Shown piece after piece: positions 51,860 to 64,000 of a DNA stretch of 64,000 nt. The stretch's first letter is position 1; each line of letters starts with the position of its first letter. The position numbers and the translations under genes are program-made. The notes below the pieces were generated by a model. The model saw only the letters and a program-made list of their open reading frames with translations. It ran no database searches and was not told the DNA's origin. Location of the stretch: positions 5,272,001 to 5,336,000 of the forward strand of contig CM075995.1 of assembly GCA_038087875.1 (NCBI GenBank). Reading direction: 5' to 3'. The stretch is from Malacoraja senta. Its lineage: Eukaryota.

Positions 51860-52540
51860 ATAGAAACATAGAAACATAGAAAATAGGTGCAGGAGTAGGC
51901 CATTTGGCCCTTCGAGCCTGCACCGCCATTCAATATGATCATGGCTGATCATCCAACTCAGTATCCTGTACCTGCCTTCTCTCCATACCCCCTGATCCCT
52001 TTAGCCACAAGGGCCACATCTAACTCCCTCTTAAATATAGCCAATTAACTGGCCTCAACTACCTTCTGTGGCAGAGAGTTCCAGAGATTCACCACTCTCT
52101 GTGTGAAAAATGTTTTTCTCATCTCGGTCCTAAATGATTTCCCCTTTCTCGTTAAACTGTGACCCCTTGTCCTGGACTTCCCCAACATCGGGAACAATCT
52201 TCCTGCATCTAGCCTGTCCAACCCCTTAAGAATTTTGTAAGTTTCTGTAAGATCCCCCCTCAATCATATAACACCATATAACAATTACAGCACGGAAACA
52301 GGCCATCTCGACCCTTCTAGTCCGTGCCAATCTTCTAAATTCTAGTGAGTACAAGCCGAGTCTATCCAGTCTTTCTTCATATGAAAGTCCTGACATCCCA
52401 GGAATCAGTCTGGTGAACCTTCTCTGTACTCCCTCTATGGCAAGAATGTCTTTCCTCAGATTTGGAGAGCAAAACTGTACGCAATACTCCAGGTGTGGTC
52501 TCACCAAGACCCTGTACAACTGCAGTAGAACCTCCTTGCT
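51860..52540 (-). mobile_element. CR1 3' fragment containing a 62-bp insert
   Basis: Closely similar to 20006-20625; insert at 52266-52327. Confidence 0.92.
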
Positions 52541-53007
52541 CTTTCACATGCATTTGAGGGGGAAGGCATCGGAAAATCTAGAATCCTAATGCATCAGGGC
52601 CCAATTCAAACAGAGGGATATATTTTCCTGGTTTTATGGTGCTCTCAATTTTCTGATTACCAGAATGACACTGAAAGATCAGGTAATCTGTGAATCAGAT
52701 GGAATAACCTCTGTACCCAATCTTTCTGTCACCGTTCCCTTCAGACCAAATATCGTGCTAACCAAAGATGTCCTAAGTTCGGCCCAATGAATCTACTCCA
52801 CCATTCAATCATGACTGATCTATCTTTCCCTCTCAACCCCATTCTCCTGCCTTCTCCCCATAACCATTGACAACCATATTGATTATGAATTTGTCAATCT
52901 CCCCCTTAAAAATACCCAATGACTTGGCCTCCACAGTCTTCTGTGGCAATGAATTCCACAGATTTACCACCCTCTGACTAAAGAAATTTCTCCTCAACTC
53001 CTTTCTT

Positions 53008-54632
53008 CAGTTTGGAAGGGCTTGCAAGAAATCACCAGCTACAAGAGGAAAGCCCCCCGCTCTTTGGATAATCATCAGCTGATCAACGACCTGAATGAGT
53101 TCTACTGCACGTTTGACAAGCAGAAACGTAACGTTACTACCCCCTTCCCCCTCTCCCCAACCAACACAGCCTGACCCCAGTCTGACCCTCTACACCCATT
53201 TCTCCCCATTTACCACTTCACACCTACTTAAAGCAAGACTCCAGTCTGAAAAGACTGGATCCTTTCCCACCCCAACCAACACTTCACACCCACTCACAAC
53301 CTGACCCCAGTCTGCAAAGACTGAACCTTTCTACACCCACTCCTCCCCAATCACCACTTCACACCTACTTAAAGCAAGACTCCAGTCTGAAAAGACTGGA
53401 CCCTTTCCCACGCACCCCTCTCCAATCACCACTTAACACCCAATAACCCACCCCCTCCGTGCTGCACAACATCACTTCTCCATTATCAACAATAAAATTA
53501 GAGGAGGTGGAGAGGCTGTTCAGAAAAAAGAAAAGCCGGAAATCTCCAGGACTGGACAATGTTTCCCCCTCTACTCTCAAGCTCTGTGCCGAACAACTGG
53601 CACCGGTCTACACAGACATTTTCAACCAGTCCCTGCAAACCTGTACTGGCCCTGTCTGCTTCAAAGTCTCCATTAATGTCCCTTTACCCAAAAAGGCAAG
53701 GATAACTGGTCTTAATGACTACAGGCCAGTAGCACTGACCTCTGTAGTCATGAAGACCCTTGAAAGGCTTGTGCTGGTCAAGCTGAAAAACCCTCTGCAG
53801 TTTGCATATCGGGCCAATAGATCTGTGGATGACGCAGTCAACCTAGGCCTGCACTTCATCCTCCAGCACCTAGACTGCCAGGGGACCTATGCGAGGATTT
53901 TGTTTGTTGATTTTAGCTCTGCATTCAACACCATTGTGCCAGAGCTACTACACACCAAATTTTCCAAGTTGACGGTGCCTGAACCCCTCTGTCAGTGGAT
54001 CACCAACTTCCTGACAGACAGGAAGCAGCATGTGAGGTTGGGAAAGCACCTCAGACCCGCAAACCCTCAGCATAGGAGCACCGCAAGGCTGCGTACTCTC
54101 CCCTCTCCTCTACTCTCCCTACACCAATGACTGCACCTCCACTGATTCCTCTGTCAAGCTTCTCAAGTTTGCGGATGACACAACCCTGATTGGACTGATC
54201 CAGGATGGGGAGGAATCTGCCTATAGACAGGAAGTGACACAGCTGGCGTCCTGGTGCCATCGCAACAACCTGGAGCTCAATGCTCTTAAGACAGTGGAAT
54301 TGATTGCAGACTTTAGGAGAGCTCCCCCTCACCCCACTCACCATCAACAACAACACAGTCACATCTGTGGAGTCATTTAAATTAATGGGAAACATCATCT
54401 CCAAGGACCTTAAATGGGGGGCTACCATCGACTCCACAGTCAATAAGGCACCACAGAGGATGTATTTCCTGCGGCAGCTGAGGAAACACAATCTGCCACA
54501 GGCAATGATGGTCCAATTCTATACGGCCATCGTAGAGTCTGTTCTCACCTTCTCCATCATGGTCTGGTTTGGCTCAACCACCAAGCACGACATCCGGAGG
54601 CTGCAGCGAATTGTCCGATCAGCTGAGAAGGT
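53008..54632 (+). mobile_element. Rex1/Babar-like LINE RT fragment
   Basis: LNDYRPVALTSVVMKTLER, QFAYRANRSVDDA, LFVDFSSAFNTI, FADD (ttt gcg gat gac), QRMYFLRQL, FYTAIVESVLT. Confidence 0.88.
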
Positions 54633-54633
54633 T

Positions 54634-57600
54634 AATAGAAACATAGAAACATAGGAACATAGAAAATAGGTGCAGGAGGAGGCCATTCGGCCCTTTGAGC
54701 CAGCCATTCATTGTGATCATGGCTGATCGTCCACAATCAATAACCCGTGCCTGCCTTCTCCCCATATCCCTTGATTCCACCAGCCCCTAGAGCTCTATCT
54801 AACTCTCTCTTAAATCCATCCAGTGATTTGGCCTCCATTGCCCTCTGTGGCAGGGAATTCCACAAATTCACAACTCTCTGGGTGAAAACGTTTTTTCTCA
54901 CCTCAGTCTTAAATGGCCTCCCCTTTATTCTAAGACTGTGGCCCCTGGTTCTGGACTCGCCCAACATTGGGAACATTTTTCCTGCATCTAGCTTGTCCAG
55001 TCCTTTTATAATTTTATATGTTTCTATAAGAATCTCCCTCATCCTTCTTAACTCCAGTGAATACAAGCCTAGTCTTTTCAATCTTTCCTCATATGACAGT
55101 CCCGCCATCCCAGGGATCAATCTCGTGAACCTACGCTGCACTGCCTCAATCACAAGGATGTCCTTCCTCAAATTAGGAGACCAAAACTGTACACAATACT
55201 CCAGATGTGGTCTTACCAGAGCCCTATACAACTGCAGAAGAACCTCTTTACTCCTATACTGAAATCCTCTTGTTATGATGGCCAACATTCCATTAGCTTT
55301 CTTCACTGCCTGCTGTACCTGCACGCCAACTTTCAGTGACTGGTGTACAAGGACACCCAGGTCTCGATGCACCTCAACCTTACCTAACTAACCCCATTGA
55401 GATAATAATCTGCCCCCTTGTTTTTGCCGGCAAAGTGGATAACCTCACATTTATCTATATTATACTGCATCTGCCACGCATCTGCCCACTCACTCAACCT
55501 GTCCAGGTCACCCTGCAACCTCCTAACATCCTCTTCACAGTTCACACTGCCACCCAGCCTTGTGTCATCCGCAAACTTGCTAGTGTTGCTCCTAATTCCC
55601 ACTTCCAAATCATTAATATATATGGTAAACAGTTGCGGCCCCAGCACCGAGCCTTGCGGCACTCCACTCGCCACTACCTGCCATTCTGAAAAGGACCCGT
55701 TCACTCCTACTCTTTGCTTCCTGTCTGCCAACCTATTTGCTATCCATGTCAACACCCTACCCCCAATACCATGTGCTCTAATTTTAGTCACCAGTCTCCC
55801 GTGCGGGACCTTATCAAAGGCTTTCTGAAAGTCTACATCCACTGGCTCCATTTTACTTGTCACATCCTCAAAAAATTCCAGAAGATTAGTCAAGATTTCC
55901 CTTTCATCAATCCATGTTAACTTGGACTAATCCTTTTACTGCTATCCAAATGCCCCATTATTACCTCTTTGATCATTGACTCCAGCATCTTTCCCACCAC
56001 CGGTCAGGCTAACTGGTCTGTAATTCCCCGTTTTCTCTCTCGCACCTGTCTTGAAAAGTGGGACAACATTAGCTATCCTCCAATCCACAGGAACTGATCC
56101 ACCATTGGAAAATGATCACCAATGTGTCCACTATTTCTAGAGCCACCTCCCTGAGGACCCTGGGATGCAGACCATCAGGCCCAGAGGATTTATCATCCTT
56201 CAGTCCCATTAGCCTACCCATTACTATTTCTCGCCTAATGAAAATTTCTTTCAGTTCCTCTACCCCCTTAGATCCTCTGTCCTCCAGTACATCTGGGAGA
56301 TTGTTTGTGTCTTCCTTAGTGAAGACAGATCCGAAGTACCTGTTCAACTCTTCTGCCATTTCCTTGTTACCCATAATAATTTCACCCGTGTCTGCCTTCA
56401 AGGGACCCACATTTGACTTTGCTACTCTATTTCCCATAACATATCTAAAGGAGCTTTTACTGTCCTTCTTTATATTCCTGGCCAGCTTCACCTGGTACTT
56501 CATCTTTTCAGCCCTTATTGCCCGTTTTGTTTCATCAGTTGTCCTATGAAAGTTTCCCAATCCTCTGGCTTCCGGCTACTCTTTGCTGTGTTATACATCT
56601 TTCTTTTCGTTTTATTCTATCCCTAACTTCTCTTGTCAGTCACAGTTGCCTCCTACTCCCCTTAGAATCTTTCTTCCCATCCCAAGTTAGCATTCCATAT
56701 TAAATCTTATAGAGGAATTCGGTTCCTTTTCAGGATATAGAATAAACTGGAACAAAAGTGAAATTATGGCAATAAAACTGCAAGAACCGACACACCTTTT
56801 AAAATTCCCTTTCAGAATTGCTACAGAAAAATTTAAATATCTGGGTGTTCAGGTAACCAGAAAATATACTTCTTTATTCAATGCAAACTTCCCGCCTTTA
56901 GTTACTAAATTAAACGCTCTTATTCAATTCTGGAAAACACTTCCGATGTCTCTAATAGGCAGAATAAATGCTATAAAAATGATCTTCCTCCCACAAATTC
57001 TCTATTTATTTCAATACCAATATACCTACTTAAATTTTTTTTTTTAATCTTGATTCTCGGATTACAAACTTTATCTGGGATTATAAAACACATAGAATTC
57101 ATAAACGACATCTATGCAAACCCAGAGAAATGGAGGGATTGGCTCTCCCCAATTTCTTATGCTATTATTGGGCAACGAATTTTAAAAATGTAATTTATTG
57201 GCTGGATAATGCATGCCAACAGGTAGACTGGTTAATAATGGAGAGAGATGATTGCTCGCCTTTTAATATAGGTGCAATTCTTCTCTCCCCAACAAAGTTG
57301 AAGAACACACTATATGATAAAAATCCGATTATTCGCAGCACTTTACGAATCTGGAGACAAGTAAAATCAACTTTTAAACTAAGAGCTTTATCTCTTCTTT
57401 CACCAATAGCTAATAACCCTTTGTTTAAGCCATCTATTGTAGATAAAACTTTTACTTATTGGGAAAGACTAGGAATTAAAAAACTTGGAGATCTCTACGA
57501 GGTGGGAAATCTTCTGTCATTTCAGAAATTACAGTCAAAATACAATCTGAAAGGTAATCAATATTTTAGATTTCTTCAAATTCGAGATTATTTGAAAACA

Positions 57601-59404
57601 TATACCCATGACTATCAAACTCTGCTGCCAGATATATTAGACGAAGGTATGAATAGAAACTCAGAGTCAAACAATCTAACATCATACTTGTATAATACCC
57701 TTCTAAATATCGTCTGACGCAAATAGAAATCTTTTATATATGCACAATTGTTCGATTAATGTTAGACACATTTTAAACCAATTTAAAACACTGCACAGAC
57801 TCTACTACTCAAAGACTAAACTGAATAAGATGTTTTTCAAATGTATCTCTTATTTGTGACAAATGTCTCCTTCAAGAAGCAACTATAACACATTCCTTTG
57901 CCTCTTGCATAAAACTACATAACTTTTGGAAAGGAATTTTTGAAATTTTCTCAAAAACATTAAAAACAAAACTGGACCCCCATACGGAACTGATTATTTT
58001 CGGAACATCAGAAGCCTGCCCTGAGCTTTCAATATTTCAAAGACGTTTCCTCAATTATGGCCTGATAACGGTGAAAAAACGAATACTTACATTTTGGAAA
58101 AATACATTTGCCCCTACTCTTAAAATGTGGATTACAAACATGTCTGAGACGCTACATCTTGAAAATATGAGACTTGTCTTAGCAGGTAAACCAGAGCAAT
58201 TTTTGAAAACATGGATTCCATCCATTGATTTATTACAAGGATAGTATGGTGCAACACAACGTCGCAATTAAACCGACTTACGGGTTGGGTGATGGGTGGG
58301 GAGAGATATGAAGCAGGTATATCATCACTTTTTGTTTTTCTTTCTGTTTTTGTATTTTTATTTCTTTACGATTTTCTCATTTCTTTTACTTACTCACTCT
58401 TCGACTACACTTATTTGGTAGTCTAGGGGTTCTATTCTTACACATTCACTTTCTCTTTCATTTTCTCTCTTTCTTGCTTTTTCTCTCTTTTTCTATTTCA
58501 TCTTAGCTAAAAATTAAAATTGAAGCTGTACAATAAATGTATTATGTCATATGCCGCGGTTTATACTTTTGTACATTGCTTCTAAAAAAAATAAATTTAA
58601 AAAAAGAATCTTTCTTCCTTTTTGGAATGAAATGATCCTGCGTCTTTTGGATTATCCCAGAAGTTCCTGCCATTGCTGTTCCACCGTCATTCATGCTAGG
58701 ATCCCTTTCCAGTCTACCTTGGCCAGCTCCTCTCTCATGCCTTCATAGTCCCCTTTGTTCAACTGCATCACTGACACTTCCGATTTAACCTTCTCCTTCT
58801 CAAATTGCAGATTAAAACTAATCATATTATGATCACTACCTCCAAGCGGTTCCTTTATCTCGAGTTCTCTTATCAAATCTGGTCGGCTCCATTACAAGCT
58901 GCTCTAAGAATCCATTTTGGAGGCACTCTACAAACTCTCTTTCTTGGGGTCCTGAACCAACCTGATTTTCCCAGTCTACCTGCATATTGAAATCCCCCAT
59001 CACCACAGTGGCATTACCTTTGTTTTAACAGGAGTTTAACCAGTTTTAACTCCTGCTGCAACTTACACCCTACATCCAGGCTACTATTTGGGGGTCTGTA
59101 GTTAACACCAATTAGTGTCTTCTTGCCTTTGCAATTCCTCAACTCAATCCACAGTGACTCTACCTCGTCAGTCCCTATGTCTTCCTTCGCAAGGGACTGA
59201 ATTCCATCCCTCACCAGCAGAGCTACCCCCCCCCCCCCTCCTCTGCCCACCTGCCTGTCCTTTCTATAGGATGTATAACCCTGAATATTAAGTTCCCAGA
59301 CCCGATCCTCCTGCAGCCACGTCTCAGTAATCCCCACAATGTCATATCTACCAACCTCTAACTGAGCCTCAAGCTCATCTACTTTACTTCTTATACTTCG
59401 CGCA
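54634..59404 (-). mobile_element. Long CR1 ORF2 copy (APE to 3' tail), with internal deletions, interrupted by an L1
   Basis: ARSIRSKV/GITETWL/YRPP at the 5' end, [16 protein letters not shown]; tail at 54634-54665. Confidence 0.93.
56678..58604 (+). mobile_element. L1-clade LINE 3' fragment nested in CR1
   Basis: FKYLGVQV, SLIGRINAIKMIFLPQILYLFQ, GLALPNF..YYWA; A-rich tail; exact 14-bp TSD agaatctttcttcc (56664-56677 / 58605-58618). Confidence 0.92.
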
Positions 59405-59820
59405 GTTGGCTTATTGGCTGCAACCTTCCCTCCATTGACGGACTGTACACTGCAAGGTCCAGGAAGCGAGCGGGTAAGATCATCTCTGGCCCCTCTTACC
59501 CTGGCCACAAACAATTTGAATCACTTCCCTCTGGAAGGTGACTCCGGACTGTCAAAGCTGCCACAGCCAGACATAAAAACATTTTTTTTCCCATGAGTAG
59601 TAGCTTTTCTCAATAACCAAAAATCTGTAGCCTCCTTTTGCTCTGGTATTTTATTTAATTCACATGTTTAATCAATAATGTTTTAATATTAATGTTTAAT
59701 GTTTTATGTGTCATTCCTAACTGTTACTGTATGTCATGTTGTCACTTGCGGGCGGAGCACCAAGGCAAATTCCTTGTATGTGAATACTTGGCCAATAAAC
59801 ATTCATTCATTCATTCATTT
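59405..59820 (+). mobile_element. Rex1/Babar-like 3' fragment with (attc)n tail
   Basis: ccctggccacaaacaatttgaatcacttccctctggaagg (HPGH..F..LPSG-like); aataaa(cattc)n end. Confidence 0.6.
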
Positions 59821-59829
59821 ATAATTGTA

Positions 59830-61115
59830 CGTTATTTTATTCTGAGGCTATGGCCTCTGGTCCTAGACTCTCCCACTAGTGGAAACATCCTCTCCACATC
59901 CACTCTATCCAGGCCATTCACTATTCGATAAGTTTCAATGAGGTGCCCTCTCATCCTTCTAAACTCCAGCAGGTACAGGCCCAGTGCCGACAAATGCTCA
60001 TCATTAACCCAATTATCCCCGGGATCATTCTTGTACACCTCCTTTGGACCCTCTCCAACACCAGCACAACCTTGTGTAGGAAGGGACTGCAGATGCTGGC
60101 TTAAACTCAAGATAGCCACAAAATAGTGGAGTAACTCAGCATGGACAGGCAGCATGTCTGGATAGAAGGAACTGAAGAAGGGTCTCGACCCAAAATATCA
60201 CCCGTTCCTTCTCTCCAGAGATGCTGTCTGTCCCGCTGAGATACTCCAGCATTTTGTGTCTATCACCAGTACAACCTTCCTCAGTTATAAGACCCAAAAC
60301 TGCCCACAATACTCCAAATGAGGTCTGACCAGTGCCTTATAAAGTCTCGGCATTAATGTGGATAAATGTGAGGTTATCCACTTTGGTGGCAAAAACAGGA
60401 AGGCAGATTATTATCTGAATGGTGTCAAGTTGGGAAAAGGGGAAGTATAATGAGATCTGGGGGTTCTTGTTCATCAGTCAATGAAAGTAAGCATGCAGGT
60501 ACAGCAGGCAGTGAAGAAAGCGAATGCCATGTTGGCCTTCATAACAAGAGGAGTTGAGTATAGGAGCAAATAGGTCCTTCTGTAGTTGTACAGGGCCCTA
60601 TTGAGACAACACCTGGAGTATTGTGTGCAGTTTTGGTCTCCAAATTTGAGGAAGTACATTCTTGCTATTGAGGGAGTGCAGCTTAGGTTCACGAGGTTAA
60701 TTCCCGGGATGGCGGGACTGTCATATGTTGATAGAATGGAGCGGCTGGGCTTGTGTACTCTGGAATTTAGAACGATGGGAGGTGATCTTATTGAAACATA
60801 AGATTATTAAGGGTTTGTACACGCTAGAGGCAGGAAACATGTTCCCGATGTTGGGGGAGTCCAGAACCAGGGGCCACAGTTTAAGAATAAGGGGTAAGCC
60901 ATTTAGAACAGAGATAAGGAAAAACTTTTTCACACAGAGGGTTCTGAATCTGTGGAATTCTCTGCCTCAGAAGGGTTAGATAGAGCTTTTAAAGGTAGCG
61001 GAGTCAGGGGATATGGGGAGCAGGCAGGAACAGGGTACTGATTGTGGATGATCAGCCATGATCACAGTGACTAGCTCAAAGGGCCGAATGGCCTACTCCT
61101 GCACCTATTGTCTAT
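59830..61115. mobile_element. CR1 fragments in opposite orientations (minus ~59830-60350, containing a Penelope-type inverted pair at ~60075-60264; plus 60354-61115)
   Basis: LEFRRMRGHLIETY (minus); LEYCVQFWSPNLRK (plus); ggagtaactcagc/gctgagatactcc mirror. Confidence 0.85.
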
Positions 61116-61159
61116 TACATCCCTATTTTTATAGCCTAGTCTTCCTGAAATAAATGCTG

Positions 61160-61915
61160 AAGTTCAAGTTCAAGTTACATTTATTGTCACACGCACCAAT
61201 TGGTACAGTGACATTTGGGTTATACTACTGCCATACGAATAAAAAAGAACGCAACACACGATAGACTTTAACATAAACATCCCCACACAGCGGAATCAAA
61301 GTTTCCCACTGTGAGAGAAGGCACCAAAGTTCAGTCATCCTCCTCTTTGTTGTTCACCCGTGGTCGGGTCCTCCCGACCCCCCCGCAGGGTGGCCCGATG
61401 TTCAGGCCCGATGTTCAGGCCCGATGTTCAGGCCCTCTCGCCGGGATGATGGAACTCCGACGTCGGATTGGAAGAACATTCCCAGCGGCTTGGACTTCCG
61501 AATCGGCCCCTTCCTACCGGAGACCGCAGCTCCCGAAGTCCACAGGCCGAGCTGGGCGGAGATTCACACTGGCGGCCCTCGGCAAAGGGATCCCAGGACT
61601 CCGCGATGTTGAAGTCAGCGCCGCCCGCGGCTGGAAGCTGCGCAAACCACAGCTCCACGATGTTGAAGCAGCAGGCCCAACGCTCCGGAGCTTCAAACGG
61701 CGATCCCCGGTAAGGCATCGTCCGCTCCGCGATGAATCCAGTGCTGCGCCGCCGCTGAAGCTCTGGTCGGTCTCCGGCAGGAATGGCCGCGCCAATCCAG
61801 TTGGTAGGTCGCGAGGGGGGGAGGCGAGGACGCGACTCGGAGAATAGTCGCATCCTCGCCAGGAAGTGACTGGGAAACGGTTTCCCACTTCCCCTACATA
61901 AAAATACTACGTAAA
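61160..61915 (-). mobile_element. Unclassified GC-rich non-autonomous retroposon
   Basis: Minus strand ends gtgacaataaatgt(aacttg)n; CpG-rich body; internal (ggcccgatgttca)x3. Confidence 0.55.
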
Positions 61916-62613
61916 AAATGCTAACATTGCATTTGCCTTCTTTACTGTTGATTCAACTTGCAAATTATCCTTTTGGGAATCCTGCACCAGCTGTCCCAGG
62001 TCCCTTTGCCCGTATTTCCAGAATCCCTTCCCTGATCCACCTGGTGGGTTTTAAATTAGACTGATGTTATTCGGTGTGTTTGAGCACATCTTTTTCTTTA
62101 CGCATAGATTTAAAATAAAAACTGCTGGCGTGGGATTTAAATGCATGATTACTGCGAAGGGCCACCATTATGCCGTGTGACTTCAGTAGTTCCAAAATTA
62201 TATTAATAACTCTTTCAAACGTATGCACATTTGGATGATTGGCACAAATTACCCCGAGAGAGAGAGAGAGTACTACCTACTTAAATCCTGTTCATTAACA
62301 CAATTCTCTGTCAGGCTATAGGGTATAAAACTGTAGTGAGGAGAGGTAAAACTATTGCTCACTTCCCTGAGCAACTGCAGGCTTATTCCCAGAATGGTCC
62401 ACAGCATATTCAAACACTTGCATCCATTTTAGTCTCTGATCTTAAGGGCTAATTACATGTTGGTTTTAATTGAGCACATTTTAGTCGGAGATTTTTATTT
62501 TGTTCCACTGGGGGAGATGAAGAGAGATTGAGAAAAAGAGAAAAAAGAAAAAAGAACTTTGCATCTATCATGTTGTCCAAATGGCTCCAAATGCTTGGGA
62601 AGAAATGAACTAA

Positions 62614-62895
62614 TTTTAGTTTTAGTTTAGAGCTACAGCACGGAAACAGGCCCTTCGGCCCACCGAGTCCGTACCCGAGCAGCGTTCCCCGCACATTAAC
62701 GCTGCCCAACACACACACACACGGGACAATTTACATTTATACCAAGCCAATTAACGTAATGTTATGTCTTTGGGGTGTGGGAGGAAAAAGAAGATCTCAG
62801 AGAAAACCCACTCAGGTCACGGGGAGAAGGTACAAACTCCGTACAGGCAGCACCCGTAATCAGGATTGAATCTGGCGCTGCAAAGCAGCAACTTA
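62614..62895 (-). mobile_element. HE1-type SINE
   Basis: tttagtttagag...cggaaacaggcccttcggcccaccgagtcc tail on the minus strand. Confidence 0.85.
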
Positions 62896-62903
62896 CTGTC
62901 ACT

Positions 62904-63172
62904 TTGCACCTATTGGTCTATTGTCTATTGTTGTGTGCCGAGTTGCTGAGTTGTCGAGGAGGCCCTGCAGTAGCCTGGGCTCACCTAGATCGGGAACGGC
63001 TCAAGTATATCGAGCACGTGAATGCCGCCAAGTTGCCATATATTTGGCGGCATTCACGTGCTCGATATACTTGAGCCGTTCCCGATCTAGGTGAGCCCCA
63101 GGCTACTGCAGGGCCTCCTCGACAACTCAGCCAACTCGGCACACAACAATAGACAATAGACAATAGGTGCAA
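62904..63172. repeat. Long near-perfect inverted repeat (~128-bp arms, 12-nt spacer)
   Basis: 62904-63031 is the reverse complement of 63044-63172 except for three 1-bp indels. Confidence 0.97.
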
Positions 63173-63433
63173 GAGTAGGACATTCGGCCCTTCGAGCCAG
63201 CACTGCCATTTAATGTGATCATGGCTGATCATCCACAATCAGTACCCCGTTCCTGCCTTCTCCCCATATCCCTTGACTCCGCTATCTTTAAGAGCCCTAT
63301 CTAGCTCTCTCTTGAAAGTATCCAGAGAACCGGCCTCCACCGCCCTCTGAGGCAGAGAATTCCAGACTCACAACACTCTGTGTGAAAAAGTGTTTGCTCA
63401 TCTCCATTCTAAATGGCTTACCCCTTATTCTTA
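63147..63433 (-). mobile_element. CR1 3' fragment
   Basis: caatagacaatagacaataggtgcaagagtagg tail and UTR. Confidence 0.9.
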
Positions 63434-63434
63434 A

Positions 63435-64000
63435 AGGCCTGTCTCACGAGTCTGCGGTCATTGGTGGCGAAATGGGAAGAATCTGACGCCATAGGCCGCG
63501 CACTCGTGAGAACGTACAATTCCGGGGCTGTGCGTCGGTGTTCCTAACACCGCACGGTGCTAAAATAAAACCGACAATGTCGAAAACTATATACTCACCG
63601 CACAACCTCCACCAGTGATGCACGAGTGCGGCACGGCCGCCCGCACGGGCCGCCGCCAGTGTGGCTCGAGCGCCGTGCGTCAAACCTCCACTGCCATAGC
63701 CTCCGCCAGTGAGGCACGTGCCTCCGCCAGTGAGGCACGTGTGCGGCACGGCCGCAGGCACAGCCACCGCTACAGCGCCGCGATCAGGATGGCCGCCGCC
63801 ACAGCCGCCGCTCGTGAGTCACGTGCGGCGGGCCGACGTCATCGCAGTTGGCCCGCCTATTTTTTTACTTACCGCAAGCACGTGGGACACGCCGTGTTTG
63901 AATTACTCGGCCCCCGCGCAGCATCCGTGCGGCGCTCCAGTGGCTAGGCTTGGCGCTCTCGCCGTTGCCGCGCGGTCCCCGCTACCGGCGACACCGCGCT
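63435..64000. mobile_element. Probable left part of a CpG-rich Harbinger-type element running off the window
   Basis: aggcctgtctcac directly after TAA, interrupting a CR1; resembles the other MITE termini. Confidence 0.5.

Noticed and set aside
61311..61888. Overlapping 124-178 aa ORFs (also 15048-15611)
   Set aside because: Expected in GC-rich, stop-poor repeat sequence; no domain motifs

Overview
Eukaryotic, vertebrate, repeat-saturated non-coding DNA. The HE1-type tRNA-derived SINEs and HER1/CR1 LINEs point to a cartilaginous fish (shark/ray/skate). I recognise no host protein-coding exon. Essentially all long ORFs are decayed transposable-element frames or microsatellite artefacts. Contents: many CR1 LINE copies (one near full length, 20006-24530, minus strand); three L1-clade 3' fragments with target-site duplications (TSDs); Rex1/Babar-like fragments; an internally deleted IR/DR Tc1 element; a family of PIF/Harbinger-type MITEs with TTA TSDs; HE1 SINEs; old DeuSINE-like remnants; Penelope-type terminal-repeat fragments carrying a minimal hammerhead-ribozyme motif; and a structurally complete DIRS1-like tyrosine-recombinase retroelement (40492-45207) with near-perfect termini/ICR but decayed, partly replaced coding sequence. 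Other notable structures are a ~270 bp near-perfect palindrome (62904-63172), an unclassified 2.3 kb TIR element (26634-28896), a ~640 bp (TG)n tract, and repeat-free AT-rich islands that look like conserved non-coding elements. Family assignments come from recalled motifs, not database searches. Many boundaries are approximate (tens of bp) unless a TSD or TIR is quoted.
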